This document shows, piece after piece, positions 1-13,538 of a stretch of DNA of 64,000 nucleotides. Where the stretch lies: assembly GCA_014905635.1 (NCBI GenBank), contig JABVCE010000021.1, positions 434,001 through 498,000 of the forward strand. The letters run 5' to 3'. The DNA comes from Scenedesmus sp. PABB004. Lineage: Eukaryota. Within the stretch, counting starts at the first letter, position 1. Every line of letters starts with the position of its first letter. Under the pieces are notes generated by a model. That model did not search any database and was not told the origin of the DNA. It was given only the letters and a program-made list of their open reading frames with translations. The position numbers and the translations under genes were made by a program.

Positions 1-1348
1 ACCTCCTGCGGGCTGGGCTCGCGCGGCAGCGACGGCAAGCTCCAGCCCTGCGCCGCACCGCGGGGCAGCAGGCGGCGCGTCACGCGGCGGCGCAGCCGCG
101 CCGCGGCGAGGCGCGCGCCCACGGCCGCCGCGCCGCGCGCGCCCGCGCGCGCGCGCGCACCAGCTGCGCGAGCGACTTGTTGCCCTTGCGCTGGTTACAG
201 GCCATGCATGCTGTCACGAGGTTGGTCCAGCTGTTGGCCCCGCCGCGGCAGACCGGGACCACATGGTCCAGCGTGAGCTCGCGGTCGGAGCCGCAGTACC
301 TGGCGCGGGCGGACGTGGCGGCGCAGGTGAGGCGCGGGCGAGGCGCGGGCGAGGCGCGGGTGAGGCGCGGGCGAGTGGCGCCCCGCGCCGGCCGCCCCCG
401 CGCCGGGCCGCCCCCCCCCCCCCCGCGGCGGCTCACTGGCAGCGGTGGTGGTCGCGCAGCATCACGTTCTTGCGCGTGAGGCTCAGCCGGCCGGCAAAGT
501 CGTGCACGTCGACAAACGCGCGCACGCGCAGCACCGCGGGCAGCGGGTGGGCCTTGTACGCGCTGTACGCGTAGCCGCTCGCGTGGTACTCGAGCACGTC
601 GACCTTGCCGCCCTCGTCCATGACGACCGCGCGGAACCAGCTGACCACGTTGACCGGGAGGTAGCGCGAGTCGAGCACGAGGCACCTGCGCACAGGCGCG
701 TGCGCGTGTGCGCGGCCGTTTGCGTTTGCGGCCGTTTTTGTTTGCGTGCGACTGCTTGCGCGCGATTGATGGCGCCGGCGGCGGCGGCGCCCGCGGCGGC
801 GCCCGCAGCGGCGCGGCGCGAGTGCGGGGCGCGCCCCCGCACGCACGCACGCGCGCGCACCTGTAGGCGGACGAGCGGCCCGCGCCCGGCGCGCCGCGCG
901 GCGCGTCGAGCTCCTCGTCCGAGGAGAAGCAGTCGGGCTCGCGCGGGGCCGCGAGCGGCGCGGCGGGGACGATGTTGTTGGCCACGCCGGCGCCAAAGCC
1001 GAGCGGCGGGCTGCCGCTGAAGCCGAGCGGCGGGTTGGCCAGCGGCAGCGGCGCCGCCGCCGGCGTCTGCTGCTGCTGCTGCCGCGGCGCGGCGGTCGAC
1101 ACCGCGGCGCCCGCGCCGGCGCCGGCCACGGCGACGCCCGCGGCGGGCGCGCCCTTCTTGGGCTTGCCCGCCTTGGCCGGCGCCGGCGCGCCCGCGCCCG
1201 CGGCGGCGCCGCTGCCGCCCAGCACGCGCAGCAGCGAGCGCCGGCCGCGCGGCGCGAGCGCCGCCGCCTGCCGCGGCGCACGCAACGGCGCCGGCGCCGC
1301 GGCGCCGCCGCTGCATACCCGCGCGGGCGGGCCGCGCAGCAGCAGCAT
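1..1348 (-). CDS. HNH endonuclease domain protein, probably plastid-targeted; spliced, 3' end runs off the window
   Basis: Exons about 1348-861, 685-437, 299-161 and 47-3 with GT-AG junctions. Joined product contains [19 protein letters not shown]...[54 protein letters not shown] (CxxC...DH...N...CxxCN). Confidence 0.88.
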
Positions 1349-2005
1349 CGTCGCCTGCCTGCGGACGAGAGAGCAGCGGCGGAGCAGCAGCGGTTGGCGC
1401 CGCGCGCGCGCCGCGGTCGCGGTCGCCCCAGGCGCTTTCTCGCGTGCACTCGGGCGAGATCTGGGACGAGCGGCGGGCCGGGAGAGTGGCTGGCGGGCCG
1501 CGACCCGGGTTGCGCGCCAGGCTGGAGCAGCGTGCGCTGCTCGTGGGGCGCATGCAGCCGCCCTGCAGGCCTGCGCAGCACTCGTGCACGCCGCCACGGC
1601 CAGGCCGCGCGCCGTCGCGCAGCGGCACGGGCTGTCGCGGCTGCTGCGCGCCAGGCAGCGCGCTCGACATCGCGCGCCAAGTTTGAGCCCCCCGCGTCCT
1701 GCCGCCTGGCCACGCCGCTGCATGAGGCTGCGCTGAACCGCGTGACTGTCACGGAGCTGCGTGTGCGCCATCCGCCAGCGCACGCGGGGCGCGCGCACCT
1801 TTGTGAGCGACGCACGGCGCGGCGCCTCACGCGCGCTGCTACGGGCGTGGCTGCCTGATCCGAGCTGACGCGAGCTGCGGGGTGCGCGGGTGCTGTGCGT
1901 TAAAGAAGGCCAGTTCGGTGGGCGGGGGTTAGCGGCGGCGCGCGACGTCAAACGCGACGATTCTTGATGCCCATGTACTGCCCCAGCGCGCGCAGCCGCT
2001 GGCGT

Positions 2006-4900
2006 TCAGCCTCCCCGCACCGCCAGGCCGGTCTCGCCCGGGCGCACCAGCTCGGCCGTGACCGCGGCGGCGAGCGCGTCGGCGAGCGCCTCGGCGGCCG
2101 CGCGGTCGGCGCCGCGGACCTCCAGGTAGTACTTGAGCTTTGGCTCCGTCGCGCTCGCGCGCAGCGTGAGCACGCCGGCGTCAAAGTAGAGCGTGAGCAT
2201 CATGTCGCCGGCCGTCCAGGGCAGCGCGGCCTCGCGGTCGGGGCGCGTGGTGTCGAGCCCGGTCCCGAGGTCGCGCACGCCCGTGACCTTGACGCCGCCG
2301 ACCGCCTGCGGCGCGGTCAGCGGTCAGCGGCCAGCTGTGACGTGAACGCGCGCGTCCTGCAAGCGTCCTGCAAGCGCGCGCGCGCGCGCGCGCGTGCCGC
2401 GCCGCGCCGCGCGCGCGCGCGCGCGCGCGCGTGCCGCGCCGCGCCGCGCGCGCGCCTCGGGGTAGCGCCCGTCGCGGCGCAGCCGGTCAAACACCGGCTG
2501 GCTCTTGGACGGCGGGTCGGCGACGTAGTAGCTGGCGCGCGACACGTGCACGCCGTACCTGCGCGCGCGGGGCGGCGGCGGCGGCCACAGAGGGTCTGAC
2601 AGACAGCGGCCCCGCGCGGCGCTGGGACGCCACGCGAGCGCGAGCGCGGCGCCAGCCTGGCGCCAGCCTGGCGCCGCTGCTGCTGCGGCGCACCGGTCGT
2701 AGAGGGCGGCGAGGTGGCCCGCGACCGTGGTGCCGCGGCGGTAGTGGCTCGCCGCCATCTCGGCAAACACCGCCGCCGCGCTCACGCCGTCCTTGTCCTG
2801 CCGCAGCGATGGGGCGCGCGCGCGCGGGCCGCGGGCGTCGGCGGGCCGCCGCGGCCGGCCGGCCGGCCGGCCCCGCGCGCCGCCGCGGCGGCAGCACACG
2901 AAACCGCGCGGCGCCAGACACGACCACCGCACCATGTTGGTCGCGGGGAACATGAAGCCAATTGCCTCTTCAAACGCAAACAGCACCGTGCGCCCCTCCG
3001 CGCGCCGCGCCTGCGCGACGTTGCCGAGCCACTTGAAGCCGGTCAGCGTCTGCTCAAAGCCAAAGCCCTCGGCCGCCGCCATCGCGCCGAGCGCCGCGCT
3101 GCTCACGGCCGACGCGAGCATGAGGCACCCCGACGGCGCCACCTGCACCGAGCGCGCGGCGCGTGGTGGGCGGCGCGCGCAGGGGCGCCCACCGCCGCGG
3201 CGTGAGGCCGGGCGTTGGCCCACACACCTCTGGGTGGCGTTGGCGGAAGTTGGTCCAGACCCAGTCGGCGAGCAGCAGGCCGATGTCGTTGCCGCTGAAA
3301 GTGGTGAACCGCCCCGTGCCCCGGCCGGCGCCGTCGAGCGCCTGCTCCGCCGCCGCGAGCCGGTCGGCGTCGGGGTCGTTCGCGAGCACCAGCGCCGCGC
3401 CGTGCTCCGTGGCTGAGCGGCGCGGGGCGGCGCGGCGCGCGCGCGCGTGAGCGGCAGCGCTGGGCGGCCGAGCCCGCCCGCCTGCTGCACGCCCCCGGGC
3501 CGCCGCCGCCGCCGCCGCCGCGCAGCCGCGCCGCACCCGTGTCGAACGCCATCTGCCATGTGCCCTCGCCCTCCTCGGGGTTGGGGAAGACCACGGTGGG
3601 GAACTCCGGGTCGGGCGCCGCCTGCGCGGCGACCACCAGCGGCTCCGGCAGGCCAAACGTCTGCAGGCGCGGCGGCCGCGGCGGGCGTGAGCGTGTCGCG
3701 GCGGGCGCGTCACGCGGCGGGGCCCCACGCGCCCCGCCCCCGCCGCCGCCGCGTGCCACCGCGCGCGGCGCACCTTGAACGCGCGCAGCGCCCACTTGCC
3801 GCCGACGCCGTGCAGCGGCGTATACACCGCGCGCGCCGCGGCCGCGTTGTCGGCGTCGCTGCAGAAACGCAGGTGGTCCGACAGCGCGGCGTAATAGTGC
3901 TCCGCGATGCGCTGCGTCGGGTCGAAGGTCAGGCCCGGCGGCAGCTCCGCGGGCAGCTCCCACAGCGCCTGGTTGGCCTCGATGCAGGCCGCGATGCCGG
4001 CGTCGTGCGGCGGGATGATCTGGCAGCCGTTGCCCCAGTAGACCTGACAGAGAGCGGCGCGGACACAAAGGCCGGGGCATCATCGCGCCGTCGTTGCCAC
4101 GTCGGCCGGTGCCGCCGCCCGATGCGCGCCGGCGGCCGGGTCGGCGGCGCCGGCGGCGTCGCGTCGGCCGAGCCCCGTTGCTGCTGGCAGCGCGGCCGCG
4201 GCGCCTAAACCCTCCCGCACCTTGTACCCGTTGTACTCCTTGGTGTTGTGGCTCGCCGTGACCATCACGCCCGCCGCGCAGCCCAGCAGCGACACGCCCG
4301 CCGCGACAACGGGCGTGGGCACGTAGTCGCCCGGCAGCGCGACGCGCACGCCCGCCGACGCAAACACCGCGGCCGCGAGGTGCGCAAACGCGCGCGAGTT
4401 GTGCCGCGCGTCAAAGCCTGTGGGGGCGGCGGCGGCGCGCGCTCGGCAGCTCAGCGGCGCGAGCGGGGGCGGGCGGCCGTGCGGGCGCGCGGCCGCGGAC
4501 GGGCGGGCGCGCCCTCTGCGCGCACCGATGATCACGCCGCCCTGCGCGAGCGCGTCCGGCGCCTGGGCCTGCAGGTAGCGCAGCAGGCCCTGCGTGGTCT
4601 GCTGCACCGTGACCGCGTTCATGCGGTTGAACCCGGGGCCCATCTTGGCGCGCAGCCCCGCTGTGCCTGCGCGCGGCCGGCGCTGGTCGAGGGCGCAGCG
4701 CAGAGCAGCTCGCGCCGCCAGCACGCGACGCCGATCACACAGGCAGTGCGCGCACCGAACTCCAGGCGCCGGCACATCAGCTCCTCCAGCGCGGCGTCGT
4801 CGCGCGCGTCGAGCAGCGCCTGCACGGCGGCGCGCGAGCCCAGCTCCGCGTCCAGCGCCAGCCACTCCGCCGTTTTCGCAGCCACGTCCGGGGCCGCCAT
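2006..4900 (-). CDS. Phosphoglucomutase-2/phosphopentomutase (alpha-D-phosphohexomutase), multi-exon
   Basis: Motifs spread over exons: [84 protein letters not shown] at 4900, stop at 2006. Confidence 0.92.
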
Positions 4901-5284
4901 GGCCTTGGCGCACGGCCGGGACCGGGAGGGGAGGCTGGACGGCGCGCGGGCGGTGAGGCGTGAGGGTGGCGTGCTGCTCGTGCTGGTGCTGCTCCTGGCG
5001 CCGCCGACACGGCGCATATCGTCCCCGCCGAGGCACGGTGTATGGAGCGGTGCGATCTCTCTGCGCCGGCGAGGCGGGCGCGTCAGGGGCGGGTCCGTGC
5101 GGGCACAGCCAGGGGCGACTGTCTTTTTGGCAGGTCGAGTGCCACCGCGCCGGCGCAGGCGGGAGCACTCCGATCGCGACGCCGGGACTGTCGGCTCGAT
5201 TTCGCAGCGCGTCGCGCTTTGGCGGAGCCTGCCTGCAAGCGCCGCACATCACCGCCGGCCGCCGCTGCTGCCGCCGCCGGCGCC

Positions 5285-8200
5285 ATGCGCGCGCGGGCGC
5301 GCCCTCTGGGGGCCCCGCAGCGCGGGGTGTGCCTGAAGGGATGGCGTGCGGCCCAGGCGAGCCGCGCTGCGGCCGCGCGTGCCGGCGGCCGCCAGCGCGC
5401 GGCGGCCGCCGCTGCTCAGGCGCCCCGCCCGCCCGCCCGCCGGCCGCAGACCCCGCTGCGCCAGCGCCGGGCCGTGGCCGTCGCTGCCGTTGCACGCCCC
5501 ACCGACAGCCGCGGCGACGCGGCGGCGCCGCCGGCGGGCGCCGCGTCCAACGGCGGCGGCCCCGCGGCCACCGCGCAGCCGCCGCCGCCGGCCGGCGCCG
5601 ACCCGGCGCTGCTGGCGCTGCAGGCGCAGATGCAGGAGCAGATGCAGCAGATGGCCGCCATGCTGCAGGCCACGCAGCAGCAGAACGCGCTGCTGTGGGA
5701 GCAGGTGAAGGCGATGCAGCAGCAGGCGTCGCCGGAGCCCGCAGACGGCGCCGCGGCGCCAGCAGCGACGGCCGCCGCGCCGGCGGCAGACGCCGCCGCG
5801 GAGGCAGCGCCCGCGCCGACCGCGCCGCCGTTGCCGCCCGACGCGGCCAGCCGGCTTGCGGCGGCGGCGCAGGCGATGCGCGACGAGCTCCGCGCAGCCA
5901 CTGCACGCAAGGCGCAGGCGCAGCCGGCGGCGGCCGCCAAGGCGGCCAAGGCGGCCAAGGCGGCCAAGGCGGCCAAGGCGGCCAGGCCTCCGAGCCCCGA
6001 AGCGGAGGCCGCGCGCGCCGCGCGGCAGCAGCTGGCGGCCGCCGGGGCGGCGGCTGAGGCCGCGAGCAAGGCGCTCGGCGGCGGCGCCAAGCGCGGCGCC
6101 AAGCGCGCCGCGGCGCGGCCGGCGGCCGGGGGGCGGCCGGCGGCCAAGGCGGTCGGCGGCGCGCCCGCCAGCGCTGCTGGCGCGGAGGCGGAGGCGGAGC
6201 TGCAGCGGGCGCGGCGTGCCAACCAGGCGCTGGCAAAGGTGCTTGAGGCGCAGCAGCGCCAGGCGAGCGCGGCGGCGGGGCCGTCGGCCAGGCCAGAGCT
6301 GCCGGCGACGGCGACGGCGGCGGCGGCGGCGACGCCGGCGGCGGCGACGGCGGCGCAAGAGCAGCTTGCTGAGCAGGAGCAGCCTGCGACCGCGGCGGAG
6401 CAGCCCGCGCCCGCAGCGGAGCACCAGGCGCCCGCGGCAGAGCAGCCTGCGTCCGCAGCAGAGCAGCCTGCGCCCGCAGCGGAGCAGCCCGCGCCCGCAG
6501 CGGAGCACCAGGCGCCCGCGGCAGAGCAGGCACCGGAGGCTGCCGCAGGGGCGGCCGAGGCCGAGGCGGCGCCCGCGCCGCCTGCGGACGCCGCGCCGGC
6601 CGCGTCGGTGGCGGCCGTGGCCGCGGCGGCCCTGCAGGAGCTGCGCGAGGCGCGGCAGCAGGCGGAGCAGCGGCAGGGCGAGCAGCAGGCGCGCAAGCAG
6701 CCGGCGGCGGCGGCGTCGCCGGAGGCCGGGCGCCGCCCTGACGGGCTGCTGCAGCGCATTGTCAGCGGGCGCAGCGCGCGCGACCTGCAGCAGCTGTTTG
6801 AGCGCCAGCAGCAGCGCCTGCGCCCGCACCACCTCGCGGAGCTCGTGGCGCGGTGAGCGGAGCCCGTACGCCGGCGAGCGCGCGCCGCGCCCAGCTCTCC
6901 CTCTCTCGCTCACTTGCCGCCGCCGCCGCCGCCGCCGCCGCCGCCCACAGGCTGCCGGAGACGCACGAGGGCCGAGCGGCGGCGCGGGAGCTCGCGGCCG
7001 CGGGCGCGGCGAGCGCGGCCGCGGCCGAGGCGCCGGCTGCGGCCGCCGCTCCGGCCGTGGTTGCCTTTGCCGACGACCTGCTCACCATGCTGCAGCTCCA
7101 GCTGGGGCTGCTCAATAGCGCGCGCCAGCTCGGCGTGGTGCAGGTGAGCGCGGGTCACGGCCGCGCGGCCTGTGCGCCCGCGCGCGCGCGCCGCCGCCGC
7201 GGCGTGGCCTGCTGACCACCGCGCCGCGCCCGCGCAGGCCGCCGCCGCGCTGCGCCTCACGCCGCGCCCGGCCTGGGTCGCCAGCTTCCTGGCGGCCTCG
7301 CAGCCCAAGCTGGCGCAGCTCGGCCCCAGCGAGCTCGCCGACATGGCGCGCGCGGTGGCGGCGCTCGTCGCAGCGCCGCCGGCCGGCGGCCAGCAGGTGC
7401 AGGGCCAGCAGCAGCAGGCGCGGCTGTCGCCCGCCTGGGCCAGGGCCTGGATGGCCTGCAGCCAGCAGCACCTCGAGCAGCTGGCAGAGGCGCTGCAGCA
7501 GCCGCCGCTGGACGGCGTGGCGGCCGACGGCGCGCCCGCGCCCGCGGTGGCAGCGGCCGCCCCCGGCGGCGCCGCCGTTGGGCAGCTGGCCGAGGCAGCG
7601 GCCGCGCTGGGCGTGCTGGCGCCCTCCGCGCCGCCCACCGGCGAGGGCGCCAGGACCGGGCCCGGCCCCACGGTGGCGGACAGGGAGGCCTGGGCCGCCG
7701 CGCTGCTGGCGGCGGCGGCCGCCGCCGCGTCGGCGTCGGCGGCCGGCGACAGGGCGCCCGGCGCCGTGCTGGACGCGGCCAGTGCGGCCGCGGTGTGCCA
7801 CGGCCTCACCACGCTGCAGCAGCAGCAGCCTGGCCTCGCGCGCGAGCTGCAGGGCCCGGCCGGCGGCGTGCCGGCGACGCTCGCCGCCGTCGCGGCGGCG
7901 GCGAGCGGCAGCATGGCCGGCGCCAGCGGCTCGGCGCTCATGCGCCTCGTGCGCGGCGCAGTCGCGGGCGGCGCGCAGCCGGGTGCGTGGGTGGGCCCTT
8001 CACACGAGGGCGGGACGCGGCGGGCCAGGCGCCTCCCCCGCGCGCATGCCGCCGCGCACGCCGCCGCGCTGACCCGCCGTCCGCCCGCGCGCGCGCGCGC
8101 AGCGCCCGAGTGGCAGGACGAGCTGGCCGCCGCGCTGTGTGCGGCGCTGCCGGAGCTGAGCGCCGGCGACTCGCTGGCCGTGGTTGACGCGTTTGCCGCG

Positions 8201-11200
8201 TGGCGGGCGGGGCGCGACGCGGCCGAGGCGCCGCAGCTGACGCGCCTGCTTGGCGGCCTGCTGGCGCAGGCGGGCGCGGCGCCGGCGGCGTACGCGCCGG
8301 CGCAGGTCTGCCAGCTCCTCGGCGGCGTCGGCGTCGGCCTGGGCTTTGTGGCCGCGGAGCACCCGGGTCACGAGGCGGCCGTGTCGGCGCTGCTGGAGGG
8401 TCTCGCCCACGAGGCCGCGCTGTCCGAGCTCTCGCCCCGCCAGCTCGTGGGCCTGCTGCGCGCGCTCGGCGCGCTGCGCGCCGCGCCGGGCGACGGCTTT
8501 GTGTCGGCGGTGCAGCGCCACGGCGTCGCGCCGCGCCTCGCCAGCCTGCGCCCGGGCGAGTTTGCCGCGCTCTCGCACGCGCTGGCGGGGCTGGGGGCCC
8601 AGATGGAGGCGGAGCTACTCGATGCCTACTGGACGCAGTTGGAGGGCGGCCTGGCCGCGCTGAGCGGTGCGGCGGCGCCGCGGCGGCGGGGCGCGTGCAC
8701 GCGAGTTGGAGCGCCGCGGGCGCCCGCGCCGTGCCGAGGAGCTCATGCGCGCGCCCGCCGCGCCCGCCGCGCGCCACGGCCGCGTCCGCGCAGACGCGGA
8801 GCGCGTGGAGCTGCTGGCGGCGATCGGCGCGCTGCGCCAGAAGCCGCGCGCGCAGCTGCTGGGCGCGTTCCTCGCCGACGCGCTGCCGCGCCTGGGCGGG
8901 CTGACGCGGGCGCAGCTGTGCACGTGCCTCGAGGCGCTCGCGGCGCTGCGGCTGAGCCGCACCGACACGCAGGTGCGCGGCGCGTGCCCCGGCCCCTGCG
9001 CCCGCCCGCCCGCCGCGTCCCTCCGCCCTGCCTGCCCCTCCCTCCGCCTGAGCGCGAGCGCTGCCCCCTGCCCCCACCAAACACCTCCCCCGACCCTCCC
9101 TCCTGGCGCCGCCGCAGGGCGTGCGCGCCACGACCGCGCTGTCCGCGCCCGCGCCGGCCGAGTTTGTTGCCGCCCTCATGGCCACCCTCAGCCCGCAACT
9201 CGGCGGCCCCGCCGGCGCGAGCGCGGCCGAGCTCGCAGCCGTGCTGGCCGCGCTCGCCGCGCTCGGCGCGGCGCCGGACGACGCCTGGCTGGCCGCCGCG
9301 CTCGCCGGCGCGGAGGCCAAGCTCGAGGCCGCGGCCGCGGCACCGGGGGGCGAGGCCGTGCTGCTCGACACGCTGCGCGCGCTCGCGGCGCTGCCGGCGC
9401 GCCCGCGCGGCGGCGCGCTGCCGGCCGCGGCCGCGGCGCTGCTGCCGGCCGCGCTGCCGCGCCTCTCGGCGCGCCAGCTCTCGGGCGCGATCGCGGCGCT
9501 GAAGGCCCTCGGGCTCGAGCTCGGCGACTCGCTCATGTCGAGCTACCTCGAGCGCGCGGCGGCCGCCGCCGCCGGCGGCGCCGCGAGCGCGCGCGACGTC
9601 GGGGGCGTGCTGTCGAGCCTGGCCGGCGCGGGCGTGCGCCCGCCGCCCGGCTGGCTGCGCACCTACCTCGCCGCCGCAACGCCGCTGCTGCGGGGCGCCG
9701 ACTCGGAGAGCCTCGCCGTGATCGCTGTGTCATCCGCCGCGCTCGTCAAGGCCGCGCGCGCCGCGGGCGGCGCCGACGCCGGCGCAGCTGCGGAGCCCGG
9801 CCCCGCGTTTGTGTCGGAGCTCGTCGCCGTGTCGGGCGCGCGGCTGGGCAGCTCCTACATGGACGCGTCGCGCATCCTGAGCTCGCCCGACTTCAAGGCC
9901 CCGCTGCGCCTCGCGGGCCTCGCCGACGTCGCGTGGGGCGCGCTCAAGCTGGGCGCGGCGCCGCGCGAGGTGCAGGGCGTGGTTGCCATGCTCGTCAGCA
10001 AGAGCTACGACCGGCTCAGCCAGCTCAGCGCGCCGCGGCTCGCGGCGGCCGCGTGGGCCGCGGCGCGCGTCGCGGCGGCGGCCGGCGCCGGCGCCGGCGC
10101 CGGCGGGCGCGGCGCCGCGGCGGCCGCGCGCCTGCCGGGCAAGTGGCTCAACCAGTTTGCCGCCGCGGCGGCGCCGGGCGTGGAGGGCCTGAGCGACGCG
10201 CAGCTGTCGGAGCTGCTGTGGGCGCTGGGCGTGCTCTACCTGGGAGGAGCGGACCAGTACGCGCCCGGTGGCGGCAGCGCCGGCGCCGAGGGCGGCGCGA
10301 GCGGCGGTGCCAGCGCGGGCACGAGCGCGGCGGCGGCGCGGGGGAGCGGCAGCATCGGGCGCAGCAGCGAGGTGCCGGTGCAGCAGCTGCTGCGTGCGGT
10401 CGCGGGCCGCGTGGACGCGCAGCTCACGGACGGCGCCCCTGGCTGCGCGCCGGCCGCGGCCGACGTGGCGGTGCTGGTGCAGCTCCTCGCCACGTTTGAG
10501 TGCTCCGCCAGCCGGCGCCTGCTGCGGCGCTTCGCCGCCGACGCTGCGGCCGACTGGGCGGCGCTGCCGGACGCCGCGCTCGCGGACGCCGCGGCCGCGG
10601 CCGCGACGCTGACGACGCCCGGCGGCGACGTCCTGCCCGACGGCTGGCTCGCCGCGCTGGCCGCCCAGGTCCAGGCCAGGTGCGGCTCGGCCCCTGCCCC
10701 GGGGGCCCCGCGCGCCCGCCCCGCCGCGACCGCCCTGCCGCCGAGCGCCCCCCCCCCCCGCCCCCGCCCGCCCGCCGCCGCCGCCGCCCCGCGCAGGCTG
10801 CCCACGCTCGCGCCGGCGCTGCGCGTGCGCTGCGCCTGGGCGCTCGCGACGCTGCGCCACGCGCCCGGCCGCGCCTGGCTGGCCGAGTACGCAGCGCACG
10901 CGTTTGGGGCCGAGGCGCTCAAGGCGCTGCAGCCGGGCGACCTCTCCGACGGCCTGTGGGCGCTCCTCACGCTGGAGGAGCTCGACGGCGCCGCAGGGGC
11001 GCCGGCTCCGCCGAGCCTGCTCACGCCCGAGCTGCTGCGCGCGGCCGTGGCGCGGCTGGACAAGCGCACGCACGCGCTGGGCGGCGGGCAGGTGCTGCGC
11101 CTGCTGCAGCTCGCGGAGGGCGCGGCGCGCGTGGCGCCGAGCTTCAGCCTGCCGAAGGGTGTGGCCGACCAGCTCGGCCAGGCGCTCTCGGCGCGCGCGG

Positions 11201-11474
11201 CGGCGGTGGCCGAGTCGACCGGCGCCGTCGGCCTGCTCTGGGCCGCCGCGCGGCTGGGGCTGCGGCTGCACATCGGCGCGCTGGACGCGCTCGCCAAGAA
11301 GCTCTACGCGGCGCTGCCGGCCTTGCCGCCGGCCGACCTCGCGCGCAGCTTCTGGGCGAGCGAGGCGCTGGGCTACAGGCGCGCGCCGGGGCCGCCGCCG
11401 AGGCGCCGCCGGGCGCGCCTGCGCGGGGGCATGCGCACGCGCGCCGCGCCCACGCGCTCGCCCGGTGCCGCGCC

Positions 11475-11532
<58 letters not shown>

Positions 11533-13538
11533 GCGCAGGTGGCTGCCCCCGCAGCTCGAGGAATTTGACCGCCAGGCGGCGGCGCGCCTCGACGCCGCGG
11601 CGGCGGGCGACGTCGCGCTGCTGCTGGAAGGGTTCAAGGCTCACGGCTACGCGCCCAGCGACGCGCTGCTCGCGCGCTTTGCAGGTAGGTGAGCGTGCGC
11701 GCGGGCAGGCGGCGCCACTCACGGGGTTCAGCCGACCCGCGCGGCTGACCCTCGCGGCCGACCCGCGCGGCGGCGCGCCCCGCAGAGATGCCGGCGGCGA
11801 GCCTGGCGGCGCTGAGCCCTGACGACGCGCTGGCGCTGGCGGCGCGGCTCGCGGACGCGCGGCCGGGGCAGGCGCGCGCCGCCTGGGTGCCCGCCTGGGC
11901 GGAGGGCCTCGGCGCGGAGCAGCTGCAGGCGCTGAGCGGGCGGCAGGCGTTCACGCTGCTGGCCCTGCTCGCCGACGCCGCGCCCGGCGGCGGCGGCGGC
12001 GCGCCGCGGCCGAGCGAGCAGCTGCTGGGCCTGCTGTGCTGGGCGCTCGCGCCGCACGTGCCGGCGGCGAGCGGCGAGGAGGTGCACCGCCTGCTCACCG
12101 CGCTCGCGGGCTGGGCCCACGTGCCCGCCAACGGCGAGCTGCTGCTCGCGTCGGCTGCGGCGCGGCTCGCCGACAAGCTGCCCGTGCTCAGCCAGGTGCA
12201 GGCGGCGGACGCGCTGCGCGCGTTTGCCGACCTCGGCGCGAGCGTGGGCGAGCCGCTGCAGGGCCGGCTGTGCGACAAGCTGCTCGCGGACGCGCCGGCG
12301 GCGCGGCGCGGCGCGCCGGCGGCGGCCGCCGCGGCCGACGCCGCCGGGGTGCTCGCGGCGGTGCTGGCCGCGCTGCCGGCGCCCAAGCCGGGCCTCGTGG
12401 CGGGGCTCATGCAGGCGCTGGACGGGCAGCTCACGCTCGTCCCGCCGGCGCTGCTGGTGCGCCTCGCCGAGGCCATGGCGGCGGCGGGCATGGCGGTCGC
12501 CGCGCCGCTGCCGAGCGGCGGCGGCGGCAGCGGCGGCGGCGGCAGCAGCGGCGGCGTGGTGCGCGGCGCCATCCCGCCCGAGTGGGGCCGGCAGTTTGCG
12601 GCCGCGACGGCGCGCGCGATGCGGCGCCTGACGCTGCCGCAGCTGGCGGCGGCGTGCCGCGCGCTGCAGCGCGCCGGCCTGCTCGCTGACGCCGCCGGCG
12701 CGGAGGCGGCGGTCGGCGCGCTGCAGCCGCACCTCGCCGGCGCCGCGGCGCGCGGCGGCAGCGGCGGAGCAGACGCGCTGCGGGACGTGGCCGACGTCGC
12801 GGCCTACGTGACGGAGAGCGGCTTCCGGCCGACGCCTGCCGTGATGGCCGGCGTGGAGGGCCTGCTGCTGGCTGCCATGTCGGGCGGCGGCGCCGACGGC
12901 GGCCTCGAGCTCGCCGCGACGTCCGGCGCCGGCGGCGAGGTCGCGGCCGACGCGGCGTCGCTCGCGGCGGCGGCCGGCGGCGGCGGCGCCGGCGCGCGCG
13001 CGCCGCTCGACGCCGCGCTGCTGGCGCGCCTGCTGCTGGTGCTCAACCGCTGGGGCCGCCGCCTCGGCGGCGACTGGGCGGCGGCCGCGGTGGCGTGGAG
13101 CCGCTACGAGCTCGCGGCCGCGGAGCCGGCGGCGCTCGGCCCGCTGCTGCTCGGCCTCGCGTCGGTCTGCGGCCCGCCGCCGGGGCCGTGGCTGCACGAC
13201 TGGTCGGCGGTCGCGCTCAGCGCGCTCGACGGCGGGCGCGCGACCCGGACGACCTCGCCGCCATCGCGGCGGGGCTCGCGGCGGTGGGGTCGGCCGACGC
13301 GCTCTGCAGCGCGTCCTGGCTCGCGCACTTCGGTGACGCGCTGCTGCCACAGCTGCCCGCGCTGAGCGAGGCGCAGCTGGAGACGGTCGCGGCGGCGCTG
13401 TACGCGCTGCGCTTCCGGCCGGCGCCCGGCTGGGCGGCGGCGGTGCGCGCCGAGCTCGCGGCGCGCGCGCCCGCGACCGACACGCCCGCCGCGCGCGCGC
13501 TTGCGTACGTGGGCCAGCTGCGGCCGCTGGACCGGTGA
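5285..13538 (+). CDS. Very large Ala/Leu-rich alpha-helical repeat protein (OPR/RAP-like), probably organelle-targeted; multi-exon with an apparent frameshift near 13245
   Basis: Transit-peptide-like start MRARARPLGAPQR. Recurring degenerate units such as LSDAQLSELLWALGVL, LQPGDLSDGLWAL, LPPADLARSFWA, GVRPPPGWL and LRFRPAPGWA recall octotricopeptide repeats. Confidence 0.6.
6392..6535 (+). repeat. Coding tandem repeat, 21-bp/7-aa unit AAEQPAP (about 7 copies); (AAK)5 nearby at about 5933-5980
   Basis: Read directly in the 5042..6856 ORF. Confidence 0.8.

Noticed and set aside
1..1348. HNH as a mobile homing or RNA-guided (IscB/Fanzor-like) nuclease
   Set aside because: Intron-rich gene with a transit-peptide-like N-terminus, no RuvC motifs and no element ends seen; it fits the ordinary small HNH family.
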